Assembly (NCBI GenBank): GCA_963514005.1
Contig: OY740810.1
Coordinates: forward strand, 10,850,001-10,914,000
Source: Raja brachyura
Taxonomy: Eukaryota
DNA length: 64,000 nucleotides
Reading direction: 5' to 3'
Positions within the stretch are counted from its first letter, which is position 1. Each line of letters begins with the position of its first letter. Positions 40,188 to 54,005 of the stretch are shown here, piece by piece. A model generated the notes under the pieces. The model was not told the origin of the DNA. It saw nothing but the letters and a program-made list of their open reading frames with translations, and did no database searches. Both the position numbers and the translations under genes were made by a program.

Positions 40188-40662
40188 TAAAGGTTAATTC
40201 CCGGGATGGCGGGACTGTCATATGCTGAGAGAATGGACCAGCTGGGCTTGTACACTCTGGAGTTTAGAAGGATGAGAGGAGATCTCATTGAAACATATAA
40301 GATTAAGGGCTTGGACACACTAGAGGCAGGAAACATGTTCCCGATGTTGGGGGAGTCCAGAACCTGGGGCCACAGTTTGAGGATAAGGAGTAGGCCATTT
40401 AGAACGGAGACAAGGAAACACTTTTTCTCACAGAGAGTGGTGAGTCTGTGGAATTCTCTGCCTCAGAGTGCGGTGGAGGCAGGTTCTCTGGATGCTTTCA
40501 AGAGAGAGCTAGATATGGCTCTTAAAGATAACGAAGTCAGGGGATATGGGGAGAAGGCAGGAACGCGGTACTGATTGAGGATGATCAGCCATGATCACAT
40601 TAAATGGCGGTGCTGGCTCGAAGGGCCAAATGGCCTACTCCTGCACCTATTGTCTATTGTCT
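40188..40662 (+). mobile_element. Young CR1/HER1-like LINE 3' end
   Basis: Nearly intact GLYTLEFRRMRGDLIETYKI...FFSQRVVSLWNSLP ORF end and (tctattg)n tail. Confidence 0.9.
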
Positions 40663-42030
40663 GAAGTTAAAATTAAGTATGTGAGTGATTAGGTGAAAAC
40701 AAATGACACGCTATTGTAAGCCATCACAATCCTTAATGTACTGACCCTGGAATTACAACTGGCTTTAGTGCAAATTGACAGACATCTGTATTAGTAGTAT
40801 ATAAACCTAGTTGAGACAAATTATTTTCTCATTCTCTTTCTGTTTTATTCCACCGAATCTGTTTACAAGCTTTAATAACGTTGGGTTCCTTTAAAGCTAT
40901 ACAGTAGTGTAGGAGCACATTTATGCTTAGGCCAGCTACTGTTGGCATATTATTTTGTCTATATATATATTTTGAACACTTGGGGGCGGGCACTTGGTGC
41001 ATAGAAGGGCGTTACATATAACAAGTGGACAGGGAGTGTCCAGATCAGGCCAGGCACTTGAGAGAGAGCACACAGTTGGGAGATGGGAGAGAACGGAAAG
41101 TTACGGCTTGTATGAGAATAAGGAGAACCTGATATGATCATCTCTTTGTCTGTACAACCACTTCAATAAAGAATCAATTAAACTGGAAATAACGACCGGA
41201 AGATCCGTTCTTTTGTAATCTGCGTAAGATCACTCCTACCTACTTGTGTAGTAATGGCAACGGTAAGTTGGACATTGGAGAAGAAAGAAATTGCCATTAC
41301 AAGTAGTGTTTGCATAGAATAATCAAAAGGAAGCCAGCGGGCAAAATAGTCTCCGGTTTTATTTTAGTAGAGCTACAGAAATTGACCTAGATTTACCATG
41401 CCACATTGAGCCCTATTTGTTGAGTAAATAGATCTTCTCTTCCCAAATCCCTCAAACTGTCCCTTGACACTAGCTGTTTGATATTCTAAATATTTAATTG
41501 CCATGACGTGTTTCAAGACTACTAACTTTATAAGTACTTATGTTTTTTTGGCAAGCCTTTTTGGTCAGCTGCTTGCACTAAATTAAACTGATAATTATTG
41601 CCTTATTTGCTAGGATTTAAACATTTTTCTTGATTAGTACGGGTATCGGGGCTTATGGGGAGAAGGCAGGAGAATGGGGGCTGAGAGATGAAAAATAGGT
41701 CAGCAATGATTGAACGGTGAAGTAGACTTGATGTGCCGAATGCTCCTATGACTTATGAACTCATGTAGATTTTAAATAATTTAATAAGGTAGGTTGAACA
41801 AATACATTGTAAATCTTCACTATATTGTTTTAAATCCATTCACTAAATTGTATTTGGGTTTGACAATCAAAGTTAGTTTTCTAATTTTTCTCAAGTTTCA
41901 GAATAATTTAAGCTTTTTGGTAAATAATTGAATAAGGCTACAATGTGTGTATGAGCAGTAATGAATTGAGAAGCTGGCTCTGCTCAGCAGCATTTAAAAT
42001 TGACATTTGACACCTTGCGTTTTCTTCCAG

Positions 42031-42168
42031 TTGGGTATAAAGGCCATGACGTTCAATGATTTACTCCAAGCACAGAAAGAGATTATTGCGCACAACAGGC
42101 AGCTAAAAGAACAGACAAAGCAGCTGGAAAAGGACAATGGTGACCTCAGGAAACAAAGTCTGCAGCTG
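42031..42168 (+). CDS. DOT1L: DOT1L exon 18 (coiled coil)
   Basis: LGIKAMTFNDLLQAQKEIIAHNRQLKEQTKQLEKDNGDLRKQSLQL, 138 bp. Confidence 0.95.
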
Positions 42169-42682
42169 GTAATTATTTAATGGTTTTGGAGTGGGATGTA
42201 ATTGAAAATAAACATGGCCTTTTTCAAAATTCAATGCAGGTTGAGTGGCTTAATCTGTTGAATTGTAATTAGAAAGTAGGTGTTGTAATATCAGTTTTTA
42301 ATCAAAAAAAAATTAATCGTACGTAAAATAAATTAATTATGGTTTTAAGATAATAATGTTGCAGGGAATGCAATGAAAGATACATCTTTGGTTCTGATGG
42401 TCAATTAAGGAATATTTGTACTCTAATTTGGTTAATAGTGGTGCAGAGTAAGGGTTGAGGAAGAAAATAAAAGATTGTTCCATTGTCTTGTATGGTAAAG
42501 CAAGTTAATGATCTAACGGATATAAAAATTTGCTTTAAGCTAACGACAATTTTAAGGAGAAAGTAATACAGGGCAATGGACTTAAATATTTAAGAGATAA
42601 TGTAATCTAATTTTTCAAACAAATAAATATTATGTGGGTGAGGGGCAGTTGATGGGCATTTCATGCGGTTCATATTCTCCAG

Positions 42683-42808
42683 CTGAAAGCACGATGTGAA
42701 GATCTGAGTTTGGATTGGTCTTCACTGTCTTTGGACAACCTGCTGAAGGAGAAACAAACTTTGAAGGGCCAGGTCTCAGAAAAACAGAGGCACTGCTTAG
42801 AGCTTCAG
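42683..42808 (+). CDS. DOT1L: DOT1L exon 19
   Basis: LKARCEDLSLDWSSLSLDNLLKEKQTLKGQVSEKQRHCLELQ, 126 bp. Confidence 0.95.
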
Positions 42809-43921
42809 GTAGGATAACCTCAAGCTGTTCTGTATATATTTTTTGCAGGGTTGGGGGGGGGATGTTATCAGGCATGTAAGAAGGATGCTTATCGTGTACT
42901 CAAATTTCAGTTTTGATGGATCTGCCAGAGTAGTTCATTAATGGTTTGGTAGTGGACAGGCATTGATAACGAGGAGCTGTGATAGCCATTCCTATACTGC
43001 AACTTGACTTTGCATCATGTCTGACGAGGATGATACGGGTTGAACATCTTTATTTTTACAAACCGGTTAAATGTAATGGTTCTCCTGTCCACGTCAGCGG
43101 TTGTCGCAAGCCATGTTTCTGGGTCTGTTCCTAACTCGACTGACTTAATGAGCTTTGTTATGATCACAGTACAGGCCCGGAGTCCGCGTGAATTCTTATC
43201 AATTTATGAACTCCTCCAACACCTGCCACTCACCCCCACCTCCACTCCATTCTAGGTGAGACCCCCACAGGGAGAACAAACAGAGAGCATTGAAGTTCAG
43301 GGGTGAGCCCAGGTCACTGGAGCTATGAGGTAGAAGGCCAAGAACATACATACTTAATCACATAATAGTTAGTGCTTCTCAGACTTGGTTTGAACGTACT
43401 GAGCACACAATTTTTTCCTCTTAAATAATTTTGGAAAATTAGCTATTTGTACTAATGTTTTGTGATCTGGCCATAATATTAAATTTGGAACTGATGTTTA
43501 AACAGAGAACAGCAACTGTACAGTTGTTGGCAAAAATGTGTAAAGGCACTTTACTGGAGTGTTGCCATCCAAAATCTAATGGTAAGCCGTACAAGAAAGC
43601 TGGAGCAGATGTTGAAAATCTTGTTTGAAGATGTTCTAGGGGTTATTAATGAAAGTGCGGTCAAGAGCTAGAATTGGAGAGGGAGTTCCAAAGGATGGTG
43701 GACTTGCTTGTTTGAGGCATAGGCCTCGGTAGGAACCGTTTTCTTTGTGGGTTACAGTGCACAATGAGAAATAAATGAAATTCCATTTCAGCATAGTTAA
43801 AATTGCTTCCTCTCACAGATTTAAAAAAATAAACTCTTAGCTTATAACCATATTAGAATGTGCTGATTTTAATATGGCTCTCAAACCTGTTAATATTAAA
43901 TTTGTCACTTTTGTCATCTGT

Positions 43922-43922
<1 letters not shown>

Positions 43923-43982
<60 letters not shown>
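43923..43982. repeat. (AC)n microsatellite
   Basis: ~30 perfect AC units. Confidence 0.98.
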
Positions 43983-43984
<2 letters not shown>

Positions 43985-44332
43985 GCACACACGTTCCACT
44001 GATATAACAGGTTTTGATTCCATTGGTGTGGATTGAAACCCATATTTCAGGTCAAAAGAATAATTGTGTGTATAATTGAGTTTTGATTAAGTAATGTAAA
44101 ATATTAAAGAATTTACACTCTGAAAATGAAATTTAAATAAGATTATGGGGAAGATAATAGTTTACAAATTCCCACTGATACTCATATAACTTCCATTGTT
44201 ATTTAATTATTTTTAAAGGAAACTTTGCATCCACTTTAGATTTTAAACTTAAAATTATGTTTACAGTTAAATTCGGAGAAATACAATAATGGATTATAGC
44301 TTTTTCTGTTCTCTTCCCTCTGATACCATTAG

Positions 44333-44817
44333 ATAAGCATTGTGGAATTGGAGAAGTGTCAACGACAGCAAGAATTAATACAGCTTAAATCTTACATGCC
44401 ATCAGATGATGTATCCCTTCAGTTACGTCACAAAAACAAGAATTATGAAATAGATACCGAAAGAAATAGATTTCAACTTGAAGTTGAATGTCCTAAAATT
44501 CCAATGGGAAGTATGAATGGTTTGAGCCCCGAACTCTCTATTAATGGAAGTGCAACTCCTTTTGAAATTCACAGTTCTTTAAGCCGACCTTCTTCCAAAT
44601 CACAGAATGTATACAACACTGTGTTCCCAGACCAGGAAAATGGACTGTGCATGCCAAATCTTATGAGCAAACACAAATTGGACCGATCGTTGAGTCATTC
44701 TCTTCCTGACTACACCAGATTTTCTCCAGCGAAAATAGCACTTCGCCGCCATCTGAATCAGGATCACACAGGAGGGGGAAAGCTTGCACATGAAGCACAG
44801 CTGACCTGTGCCCAGAG
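44333..44817 (+). CDS. DOT1L: DOT1L exon 20
   Basis: ISIVELEKCQRQQELIQLKS...PDYTRFSPAKIALRRHLNQDH..., 485 bp. Confidence 0.95.
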
Positions 44818-45589
44818 GTTAGTGACGGATTAGTGAAGAGTGAATCAGAACTGCAGTAGTGGTTTGTTAGCACTACCCAAAATGCAAGATGAAAATACTG
44901 CCCCCTTGTGGATTTAAATATTGCTTCACTGTTTATTAAATAAACCTTCACTCTTGCATTTATTAAAATCAATCTCCAATTAGAACAGTGCTTAATGTTG
45001 TAATCCATCTTCAATCAGCACTTTTAATGATTTGACCAAATCTAAAATCATTCGGATTTTAAAAAATTGGACTACTGCACGATTTTGACAGGATGAATGT
45101 GCAAAAGAGTGAGTCTAAATTTATTGAAATTTAAAAAAAAAGTGATAACTGAACTCTTAAAATAAACTAAATTTGTTTTAGTCATGACGGCATCCAAAAC
45201 GCCTGAAATTTAGAAGGTAAATGGCATTTTAATGTGCTTGTGTTCATGACAACACTATCACTTTGCGTCTGGTATTTTCAAAGAATTTAATTCACAGAAT
45301 CTCACAAACATATCTGTGATACACAATTCTGCAACAGAAGGATTCTAAACTTGATCAATGGAGGAGAAATACCAAGAAACTACAGATACCAAGCAACTGT
45401 ATGGCAAGATCAAAGTTTGGAATGCTTTTGTTTCAGAAACCTTTAAATCCTAGGAAATTTACAACACATTTGCAACTTTGCTTTTGGGGATGAAGGGTCC
45501 CAAATAGAACTATTTGTTACTTTTTAAGTGCATAGTTGTGCAGTCAGTTAATTTGTTATATTGAAGTGCAACAACCTCTTGCGTTGCAG

Positions 45590-45728
45590 GTTTGAAAACC
45601 TGAGAGAAACTGGCCTTCCTCATCCAAACGCAGGACTTCCTAATGGTATTCAGCATGGTTCCAGCGAACAGCTACAACCATCGTCACCAATAATCCAGCA
45701 GATGGCATGTGAGAAAAGCATCGAGAAG
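45590..45728 (+). CDS. DOT1L: DOT1L exon 21
   Basis: FENLRETGLPHPNAGLPNGI...EKSIEK; phase matches neighbours. Confidence 0.88.
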
Positions 45729-46554
45729 GTATTATTATATTGAAGGTTTACGAGATAAACACAACGTGGCATCATTCACATTAGCTGAATGATTCCCAAT
45801 CATGTCACCCGCACTTCATTTACATTCATTCACTTGTCTGCCTCGGCAGAGTGGCATATTTTATAGTTCACAACACACAAAAACTCTTTTCAAAATGTAT
45901 GGAGGAATGACTCGCTTGACTTCAATTATACAATATGTTACTGCATGTAAAATCATGAGACTTAAGATTTTTCTCTTTTTTTAAAAAACCAACACGATGA
46001 ATTTAAGGATGCAAGTTATTACTTTTTCAATTGGCCTCAATATCCAGTCTTTTGGTCACTGAAATAACGGAATAAACTCCCAGTCGGTTCATGATAAATC
46101 ACCAAGAAACTTCCTCTCGTCGCTAAAACAACTGCATGCATTGCATAAGCTTGCATTGTTTTTTTAGAATGTATTACTAGGAATCCAGAACCACTTTAAC
46201 TTTTATTAATGTTATGGAGGATGGGGAATCCACAAACTGTGACATCTGACAGCTTTTTGCTGACCATATTGTGCTTGCAATGAACACTACAGTAAATAAA
46301 CACACCCTTGAAATGCCCCTAACGTACTCTGACAGCTGAATAGCTAGTGCTGCGTTTTGGCAGCTATTAAAGTTCAGTCAGAAATTTAAAAGCTTTTAAA
46401 ATTGATCTAAATAAAATATTAAAATAAAATGCATGACTAAAACATCTGCCAATAATTAAAAGCATGAAGGCATGATGATTAAGTGAAGGAACATGCTCCC
46501 TTTCCCTCCTAAATCCTTGCCCTGCCAACTCTATTGAAATTGAGCAATCCTGTT

Positions 46555-47260
46555 TACCGTATTTCCCGCCAACGAAGATGCTATTTTTTACCTGAAAATA
46601 AGGCCCGAAAATTTACCCACGCCTTGGAAGCCGTAGGTTAGGTTGTTAGCCAAGAAAGATAGACTTGACTATCCCTCAGTACAGCTTCTGTGAAAGGACA
46701 GCACTGTTGGTGGGGGAGAGTTCCTTCCACAGCGTGTGGGGAGTCAGACCTGGGTCAACACGGCTGGGCCGCCAGGGGTAAAGTTGCAGGGAGGGCAGGA
46801 GGGTTGAGAAAGAGGGGATCGGGGATCATGCCAGCAATTCACTCTGTAGCTCGGGTGGCTGCAAGCGGCCGCCGGGACCGGACAGCGGAACTGCAGCAAG
46901 ACCCGGGGCTCGCAGGCAATCTGGGAACTGCAGCTAGTCCTGGGGCTCGCAGGGGATCTGGAAATTGCAGAAAACGAATTGAAAAACACGTGAAAACTAT
47001 GTATTATTAGTATGTATTATTACTAATTTATGTATTATTAGTGTATTATTACTAATTTAGTTAGTATGTATTATTACCTCCATTTATTAACTATGGCGAT
47101 AGATGTGGCCCACCATCCACTCACAAACATGGATCCTGGCCCCTATGCAAAAAAGGTTCCCGACCCCTGGGCTAAACCAAGCCCTTGATCCTGTTCAGCC
47201 AGCCTTTTTTTCAAAATTTAGCAACTCAAAATGTGGGTGCGTCGTCGATGCAGGTGCGAT
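46555..47260. mobile_element. Composite DNA-transposon remnant (pogo/Tc2-like TACCGTATTT start with a nested hAT-like end)
   Basis: taccgtatttccc at 46555; GC-rich internal short repeats; aaaaaggttcccgacccctg at ~47150-47169; tagtatgtattattactaattt tandem units at ~47000-47075. Confidence 0.45.
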
Positions 47261-47686
47261 GAAAGTGACCTGCTGATCCTGCCTGTCATTTCTAGTGTAT
47301 TCCTTTATACTTTTTCTATGGCTTTTGTAACCTTTCTATTGCATAGTAAATAGTTACCAAAGAGCAGGAAATCCTGTCTGGGTTAGCGTTGCTTCATTTG
47401 GATTGATGAATTTACTGGCACGATGAAACTGTCCCAGTGATGTGTCCAGTGGAGTTGAATGCTGCATCAGCATCTGTTCAGGAATAGATTAGGTATGGCC
47501 TTATCTCCTAGCTGAGCTATTTAATTCTTGGAAGATTGGCACTGTTATCAATGAGTGTTACTTCAAATGATGCTGACACAATTCAGTGCCATCAACCTAA
47601 TCTCAATTTCTACATGGTTGCATTAATTTTACTTTCTACCTCTTTGTACTGTTTTATAACATGTTTATTTTTTAATTTCCCCACAG

Positions 47687-47839
47687 CTTTCGAAAGAGTT
47701 TAACAAAAGTCCAGTTAATAATTCAGAAACCATAACCAGCCTACCAATCAGTATTCCATTGAGCACTGTTCAACCAAACAAATTGCCTGTTAGCATTCCT
47801 TTGGCCAGTGTAGTTCTACCAGTTCGTGCTGAGAAAGCG
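47687..47839 (+). CDS. DOT1L: DOT1L exon 22 (AF9/ENL-binding LPxSIPL motifs)
   Basis: TSLPISIPLSTVQPNKLPVSIPLASVVLP, 153 bp. Confidence 0.96.
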
Positions 47840-48959
47840 GTGAGTAACATTTTATCAAAACGCTCCATTTCATAAGAAATTTTAATTTGTTTAGTGCTTT
47901 TTGGATAATAATATTCCCATGTCTTTGCTAATCTTACCAATTTGGTGCCCTGTTTATGTCTGAAGAGTTCATGAATCAGTAGCTGTAACACCATCACTCT
48001 CCTATTTAGTCATGTCTCTCCTCGAATCTCATCCATTCTTTTCATTACATTACTAAATGTCCAGTTAAACTTCCACTGAAACATCGCATACAAATCTGAA
48101 CTCCCACTAACGACTACCCTCTGTTTTGACTTGGTCATTCTGATGTGTTGCCGTGGTTTGCTTTGCTGTTTTGAAATTACTTTCATTAGTCCTTCCACAT
48201 TCTCGCTTTAGCCCTTCCACCTCTGCCTTTATCTCACTTGTTTTTTCATTTTGATGACTCCACTTCTGAGCCTGTTGATTTGATTTGTTCTGATAATTTA
48301 ATAACCTGCTGTCGATGGCAGTGTTACCGCCAGCAATGCTTGGATCACACTTTTCTGTACCTGCAGTGTCGCAGTAAAAAACCGTGGCAGCTACTTCAAA
48401 GAGCATGCGATTTTAACCCAGTAATGACCAACATCTTCTCCATGTATTTTCTCATTTGCTGTGGCATTCCCTTCAAATCTTTGGCAATTTATCAATTCAT
48501 TAAACAGTATGATGATTTAATTCACAAAAAGCTTGAGCACCATTCCAGCCGTAGTTCCATCTGCAGACCTGCAGTTCGTCCTTAAAGGAGATGTGCAGGG
48601 CATTTATTTATTTTTTTTACACGGAGGGTGGTGGGTGCCGGGTGTCTGGAATGTATTCCTAGGAGTGGTGGTAGAGGCAGATAGGATAATGGTGTTTAAG
48701 AGGCTGTTAGATAGGCATGTGGAAATGCAGGGAATAGAGGGATGTGGTCAAGTGCAGGCAGATGAGATGGCATGGACTTATTGGGTCAAAGGGGCTGTTC
48801 CTGTGCTGTATTGTACTTTTATTCTTTGCCTAAATTGGGATTTCCCTTAATTCTCTGCAGTGTCTCTTAACCAAGTGGAACTGGTCCAAGCAATTCCCAG
48901 ACCCAGCGTGTTCTAAATTTGTTATTGAACATTGATCTTCAACTCGCAAGGTCATAATT

Positions 48960-49430
48960 AATGGGAGCAGAATTAGGCTAATTGGCTCATCAAGTCTACT
49001 CCGCCATTCAATCATGGCAGATCTATCTCTCCCTCCTAACCCGCCCCATAACCCCTGACACCTGTACTAATCAAGAATCTATTTATGTCTGCCTTAAAAA
49101 ATATCTATTGACTTGGCCTCCACAGTCTTCCGTGGCAAAGATTTCCACAGATGACTAAAGAAATTCCTCAATCTCCTTCCTAAAGGAAGGTTCTCTAATT
49201 TTGAGGCTATGACCTCTAGTCCTAGACTCTGCCACTAGCAGAAACATCCTCCACTCTATCCAAGCCTTTCATTATTTGGTACGTTTCAATGGTGGCCCCC
49301 CTCATTCTTCTAAACTCCAGTGAGTACAGGCCCAGTACCGTCAAACACTCATCATATGTTCACCCATTCATTCCTGGGATTATTCTTGTAAACCTCCTCT
49401 TGGCCCTCTCCAGAGGATATGGTGCCCAAG
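48960..49430 (-). mobile_element. CR1-like LINE 3' fragment
   Basis: Reverse complement of the CR1 tail seen at 20440 and 40188. Confidence 0.75.
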
Positions 49431-49825
49431 TATAATTAATGCCGCATTGCTGTGGCTTGGCAATTATGTCTATATTAACAATGCTGCAAGAAGGAGTCCT
49501 TCAGGAGGGTCAATGACAGGAAAATGAATCTTTGTAACAGGCCTGAGTGACAAAAATTGTAAACCACTGTTGAAATATACTAAGCAAAACGTGATGCAAA
49601 TATATTGGACTCTACCAGTCCATTGAACAACAAGGGAGTTGATTTTCCAGGCTGCAGTTAATACTTAACAACTCATTTTTTCAGTCAAAGTTTGTGTGAA
49701 ACAATACGTAATAGTGTTTGTACGTTTGTCTCAAGTATGTTATTTTAAATATCTAGCAAGAAGTAATATCAAAAATACGGCTTTACTGCTTTAAGCTAAT
49801 TATTTTGGCATGCTTTCTTTTATAG

Positions 49826-49943
49826 AGAAACACACCTAGTCCTATTCATGTTTCAAATCGTGACTTTTCGATGCTTGACAAACAATATGGTGCTAATTAT
49901 GGAAATGCAGCTGCAAACAAACCACAGTCTTTGGCTACCTCAG
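49826..49943 (+). CDS. DOT1L: DOT1L exon 23
   Basis: RNTPSPIHVSNRDFSMLDKQYGANYG...LATS, 118 bp; phase consistent. Confidence 0.88.
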
Positions 49944-50591
49944 GTAGCGTTTCTTTTCCATTTGTTATCTAATTATCCTGTATGATAATGCAATTGATAC
50001 AATTAACAGGAGATACAAAGAACTGTAAATATTGGTTTACAAAGAAAGAGATAAAGTGCTGGTGTATCTCACCTGGTCAGGCAGCATCTCTGGAGAACAT
50101 GGAGAGGTGACGTTTGACGTTGGGAACCTTCAGACTTCAATTAATACTTTGGTCAGATCTTAATTTGTCTCTATAGTAATGTGAATGTTCCACAATTTAT
50201 TATTTTGATGCTGGGCAAAAGGAGATTAAAGATCACACATTTATCAAATCAAATTAATGATAGTTATCTAATATGTATGGATATCAATATGCTAGTAATG
50301 TGGGATATGGAACATGTACAGGCAGGTGAGATTAATTAATCTTTGCATTGTGTTCGGCTCATACATCGTGGGCCTTTGGGCCTGTTCCTGTGCTATCCTG
50401 TTCTATATTCTGTAAAATTTCAAGCACTTCCAGTTCAGTAAATGAATGTAAAAATTGCATTACTTTAATTTTGAGAGAAAAATGCTGCTGAGATTTTGTG
50501 AATTAAAAAAAAAATTAATTTTCTTGAGTGCTTATGTACCAATTAGCACAAGGTATTATTCTCAAAACTGGGATTGTTTTTCGTTTGGTAG

Positions 50592-51226
50592 GTTTTTGTT
50601 ACTCAGCTGGTTCTGTGACAGTCAATGGACTCCATTCTGGTTCTTCCATCCAGTCAACACCGAATAGTCACGACAAGACATTGGAAGAATCTGATTCCAC
50701 CAGTGTAGGTATCCTTGCCAACAGTTCTGCCTTGCAGAGTACAAGCTTGCCGCATCCGACAATGCCGCTGATGCAGCCTCGGAGTTCTGAACACAACTGT
50801 CCAGCTTCGCAACATTCAGCCAGCCCTAGGCTCCCCAGCTGTCAAAACCCACCAGCCAGTTCACCGAATATGGGTGGGGTTTTACAGTATGCCGACACAC
50901 AAAAGGCCTTCTCGGAGGTAATGAATAAAGATTTACCATCGGACCAAGGTGCCTCTGATCAAGAGAACGAATCTAAACGAAGAATAATATTTTCCACTGC
51001 AAATGGTGGAAATATAAAGCAGCCGGTTTTAAACAAACAGGCTTCAATTCCGTCAGCCATCAAGTTGGAAACTGGACAGCCAATGTCTCAAGAAGGCAAA
51101 AAGAAGGGCAGAAGAAAACGTTCTTCCATGACTTCCAATATGAATGTAGGCAGTTCTCCTAAACGGAAATCCCTGCTTGCTTCTCTAGGTCTGTCTTCAG
51201 GATCTCCTTTGAATATAAATTCAATG
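50592..51226 (+). CDS. DOT1L: DOT1L exon 24
   Basis: GFCYSAGSVTVNG...ESKRRIIF...EGKKKGRRKRS...SSGSPLNINSM, 635 bp. Confidence 0.94.
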
Positions 51227-51345
51227 GTAGGTGGTTTGATTTACTTGTGTTGTACTGATAAATTTGCAGGAGAATCTAGACGTTGAGTTCCAAACCTATT
51301 TTGAATGAACATAGATATTGCCACAAAGTAAGAAGAAACCCTGAA

Positions 51346-51665
51346 GGCGGCACAGTGGCGCAACTGGTTGAGCTGCTGCTTCACGGAGCTAGAGACCTGG
51401 GTTCAATCCTGACCTTGGGTGCTGTCTGCGTAGAGTTTGCATGATCACCTTGCTATCGCGTGGCTTTCCTCCAGGTGCTTCGGTTTCCCCCTGCATTCCA
51501 AAGACGTGTGGATTTGTAGATTAATTGCTCTCTGTAAATTGCCCCCTGTGTGTAGGGAGTGGATGCAAAAGTAAGATAACTTAGAACTACTGTGAACGAG
51601 TGATTGATGGTCGGTGTGGATCGGTGGGCCGAAGAGCCTATTTCTAAGCTGTATATTTCAATCGA
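51346..51665 (+). mobile_element. Full-length V-SINE (HE1-like)
   Basis: ggcggcacagtggcgc A-box region, ggttcaatcc B-box, V-domain, gggccgaag CR1-type tail. Confidence 0.85.
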
Positions 51666-52548
51666 TCAGTAACTTCTTAACAGATGGCAATCTATGAATG
51701 CAGAGACACATTTTGATGTAGCTTTGAACGGTCTATCAATCATAGACTAAAGATGGGAAAAGGTGGTAATTAAAATATTGTCTTTTAAAAAGCTTTTTGA
51801 ATGTCCATTGGGGCAAATCTTGTTAGATGCCGTTAGCAGCTCCAATTTGAATAGCCGGCCTTCTAAACTTGAATAGCAGACCTTCCAGCTTTATTGAAGT
51901 TTAGAACTTGCCCATAGGGTTGCTGTGTAAAAGTTCAAGACTTAATGCAGTTATCAGTCCAACCTACTGCTGGACTTCAAATGAAATCCAGTGGCAGAGT
52001 CCCATCCGCTTGGAATTTCCAGCACTCTAATTCCATGACTGAGAAGGGTGATCTTTGTAGGGAACCTTTAACGGCAATGTTCTTGCAATAAAGTTTATGT
52101 TGATCACGTAGAAATACTAGTTCTGGGTCTAGTTACCTGATAGGTGTGGTTTATGACTTGGAGACCAGCTTATATCCCCTGTTTCTCCCTGTGTGGATGA
52201 CAAAATCACTGTAACAAGACCCCTAAATGTATGCCAGCATACAGAGCAAGAGGTCATAGAAGTGTTGTAGATAAATCTAGTAAATATACCTAATTAAGAC
52301 CTTTTTGGTTATTGTTCCAAAGTGTAAAAGATTATTAACAGACGTATATAGAATGGATATAAAACTGCCTGACAACGGCAGAATTTGTTTTTGGCAGCCT
52401 TTGTGAATGTTTTAATGTTTTTTTCATTATGGTTCTCCGAGTTGACCACTTTAATAATTAATTACACACCCAGAAGGTAATCGACTAGCAAAGGCAGGAA
52501 GCTACAAATGTTACAAAATGATGGAGTTAATTTTTCTTTGCAATTTAG

Positions 52549-52751
52549 GTCAATAATATCAATCAACCTCTGGAAATAACAGCAATTTCATCACCAGAAA
52601 CGTCAGTGAAAAGCTCTCCAATTCCACATCAGGATAATGAAGGACCTCCAAACTTGAAAAAGAAGAAAATGTTTGCGTCTAATGGCGTTCATTATTCACC
52701 ACTTACTTCTGATGAAGAACAAGAGGAGGAAAATCAACAAATTAATGGAAG
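52549..52751 (+). CDS. DOT1L: DOT1L exon 25
   Basis: VNNINQPLEITAISSPETSVKSSP...HYSPLTSDEE, 203 bp. Confidence 0.95.
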
Positions 52752-53395
52752 GTGAGGCTCTTTCTTCCAAGTTTCATGCATTCATAACTTTTAAATAATC
52801 CACATAGGGGAATCCATATAACTGAAGTTGATTAATTGCCCTGAAGTGTAGTGCAATAACAATTGTATAATCACCTCTATCTTTTTGAGTCAAAGAATTA
52901 TAATGGCATTTGTTACAAAAGAATGGAGCTAAGAACTAAAGGAAATGGTGACATCTGAATTTATCAGTTGTGGTTGCTGATCTTCTGGTTGTACATCCTC
53001 TGATCTATTTTTAAAATTAGTTGTAAGTGATAAAGCAGGGTTGTTTGAATTTTAATTTAACTGGACAAAATTGAAATTACAATAGGAAGGTTTGCAATGA
53101 ATAAGAAATGGTATTGCATATTGAAGCGTGTATAACCTTTAAAATTAGCTACCTCTTTAAAATTTTAGTCCATTAACATCTATGTATGCTTAACGTTCCT
53201 TCTGGCACCATGCTAGTGCAGGTAAGTGTTTAATTACATATTTCATTTTTCATTGAGTTTAACTTTATTTTAATGGTTAATCCGTTGTAAATGTTTTTTT
53301 AAATGTCTGATTATCAGATGGATCAGTATCTGCATAGTCACGAACGCACTTATCAACACTCTATTTGTAAAGGTGCATTTTGTCTTGTTTTCAAG

Positions 53396-53466
53396 GATTG
53401 AAAGAAAAATAACTCAATGCACTGTGTCGATTGAGAGTACATCTGTTTCTGCAGAAGGCGACTCAG
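53396..53466 (+). CDS. DOT1L: DOT1L exon 26
   Basis: RIERKITQCTVSIESTSVSAEGDS, 71 bp; phases match. Confidence 0.88.
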
Positions 53467-53659
53467 GTAAATGGAGTTTGTGAAATCACACTAAAATTAC
53501 CCTTTTTAGCTGGAAGTTTTATAAATTATCTCGCTGTATCACATATTTCCCCATATTCCATAGTCAACATAGACGACGTATTGTGAAACACATTATTTTT
53601 GAATTACCGATTAACCTTTTACACTTTCCATGCTTGCCTTTTATTTTACCTTATATCCT

Positions 53660-54005
53660 CATGATGTGTACCGAGGTACAGTGAAATGCTTTTTGTTAAA
53701 TGCTATCCAGTCAAAGAAAAGATTATACATAATTATAATCAAGCTATCCACAATGTACGGATAAAGGGTACAACATTTAGTGCGAGATAAAGTCCGATTA
53801 AAGATAGTTCAAAAGTTTCCAATGAGTAGATCGGAGGTCAGGACCACACTCTAGCAGCTGGTGAGAGAACCGTTCAGTTGCCTGATAACAGCTGGGAAGA
53901 AAATCCCTTAATCTGGAGTTATGAGTTTTCAAATGTGAGAGGGGGTAAGAGGGAGTGACCGTGGTGAGACTGGTCCTTGATTATGCTGATGGCCTTGCTG
54001 ATGTT
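53660..54005 (-). mobile_element. Rex1/Babar-like LINE tail
   Basis: Homologous to 2795-3150. Confidence 0.65.

Noticed and set aside
40960-41260. Solo LTR
   Set aside because: Has an LTR-like feel (AATAAA, purine-rich stretch), but no clear TG...CA ends or TSD could be fixed.
46995-47080. CRISPR-like repeat array
   Set aside because: Short tandem AT-rich units without unique spacers in a vertebrate intron.
51346-51420. tRNA genes
   Set aside because: The tRNA-like A/B boxes are SINE heads followed by V-domain and LINE tail; no full cloverleaf.
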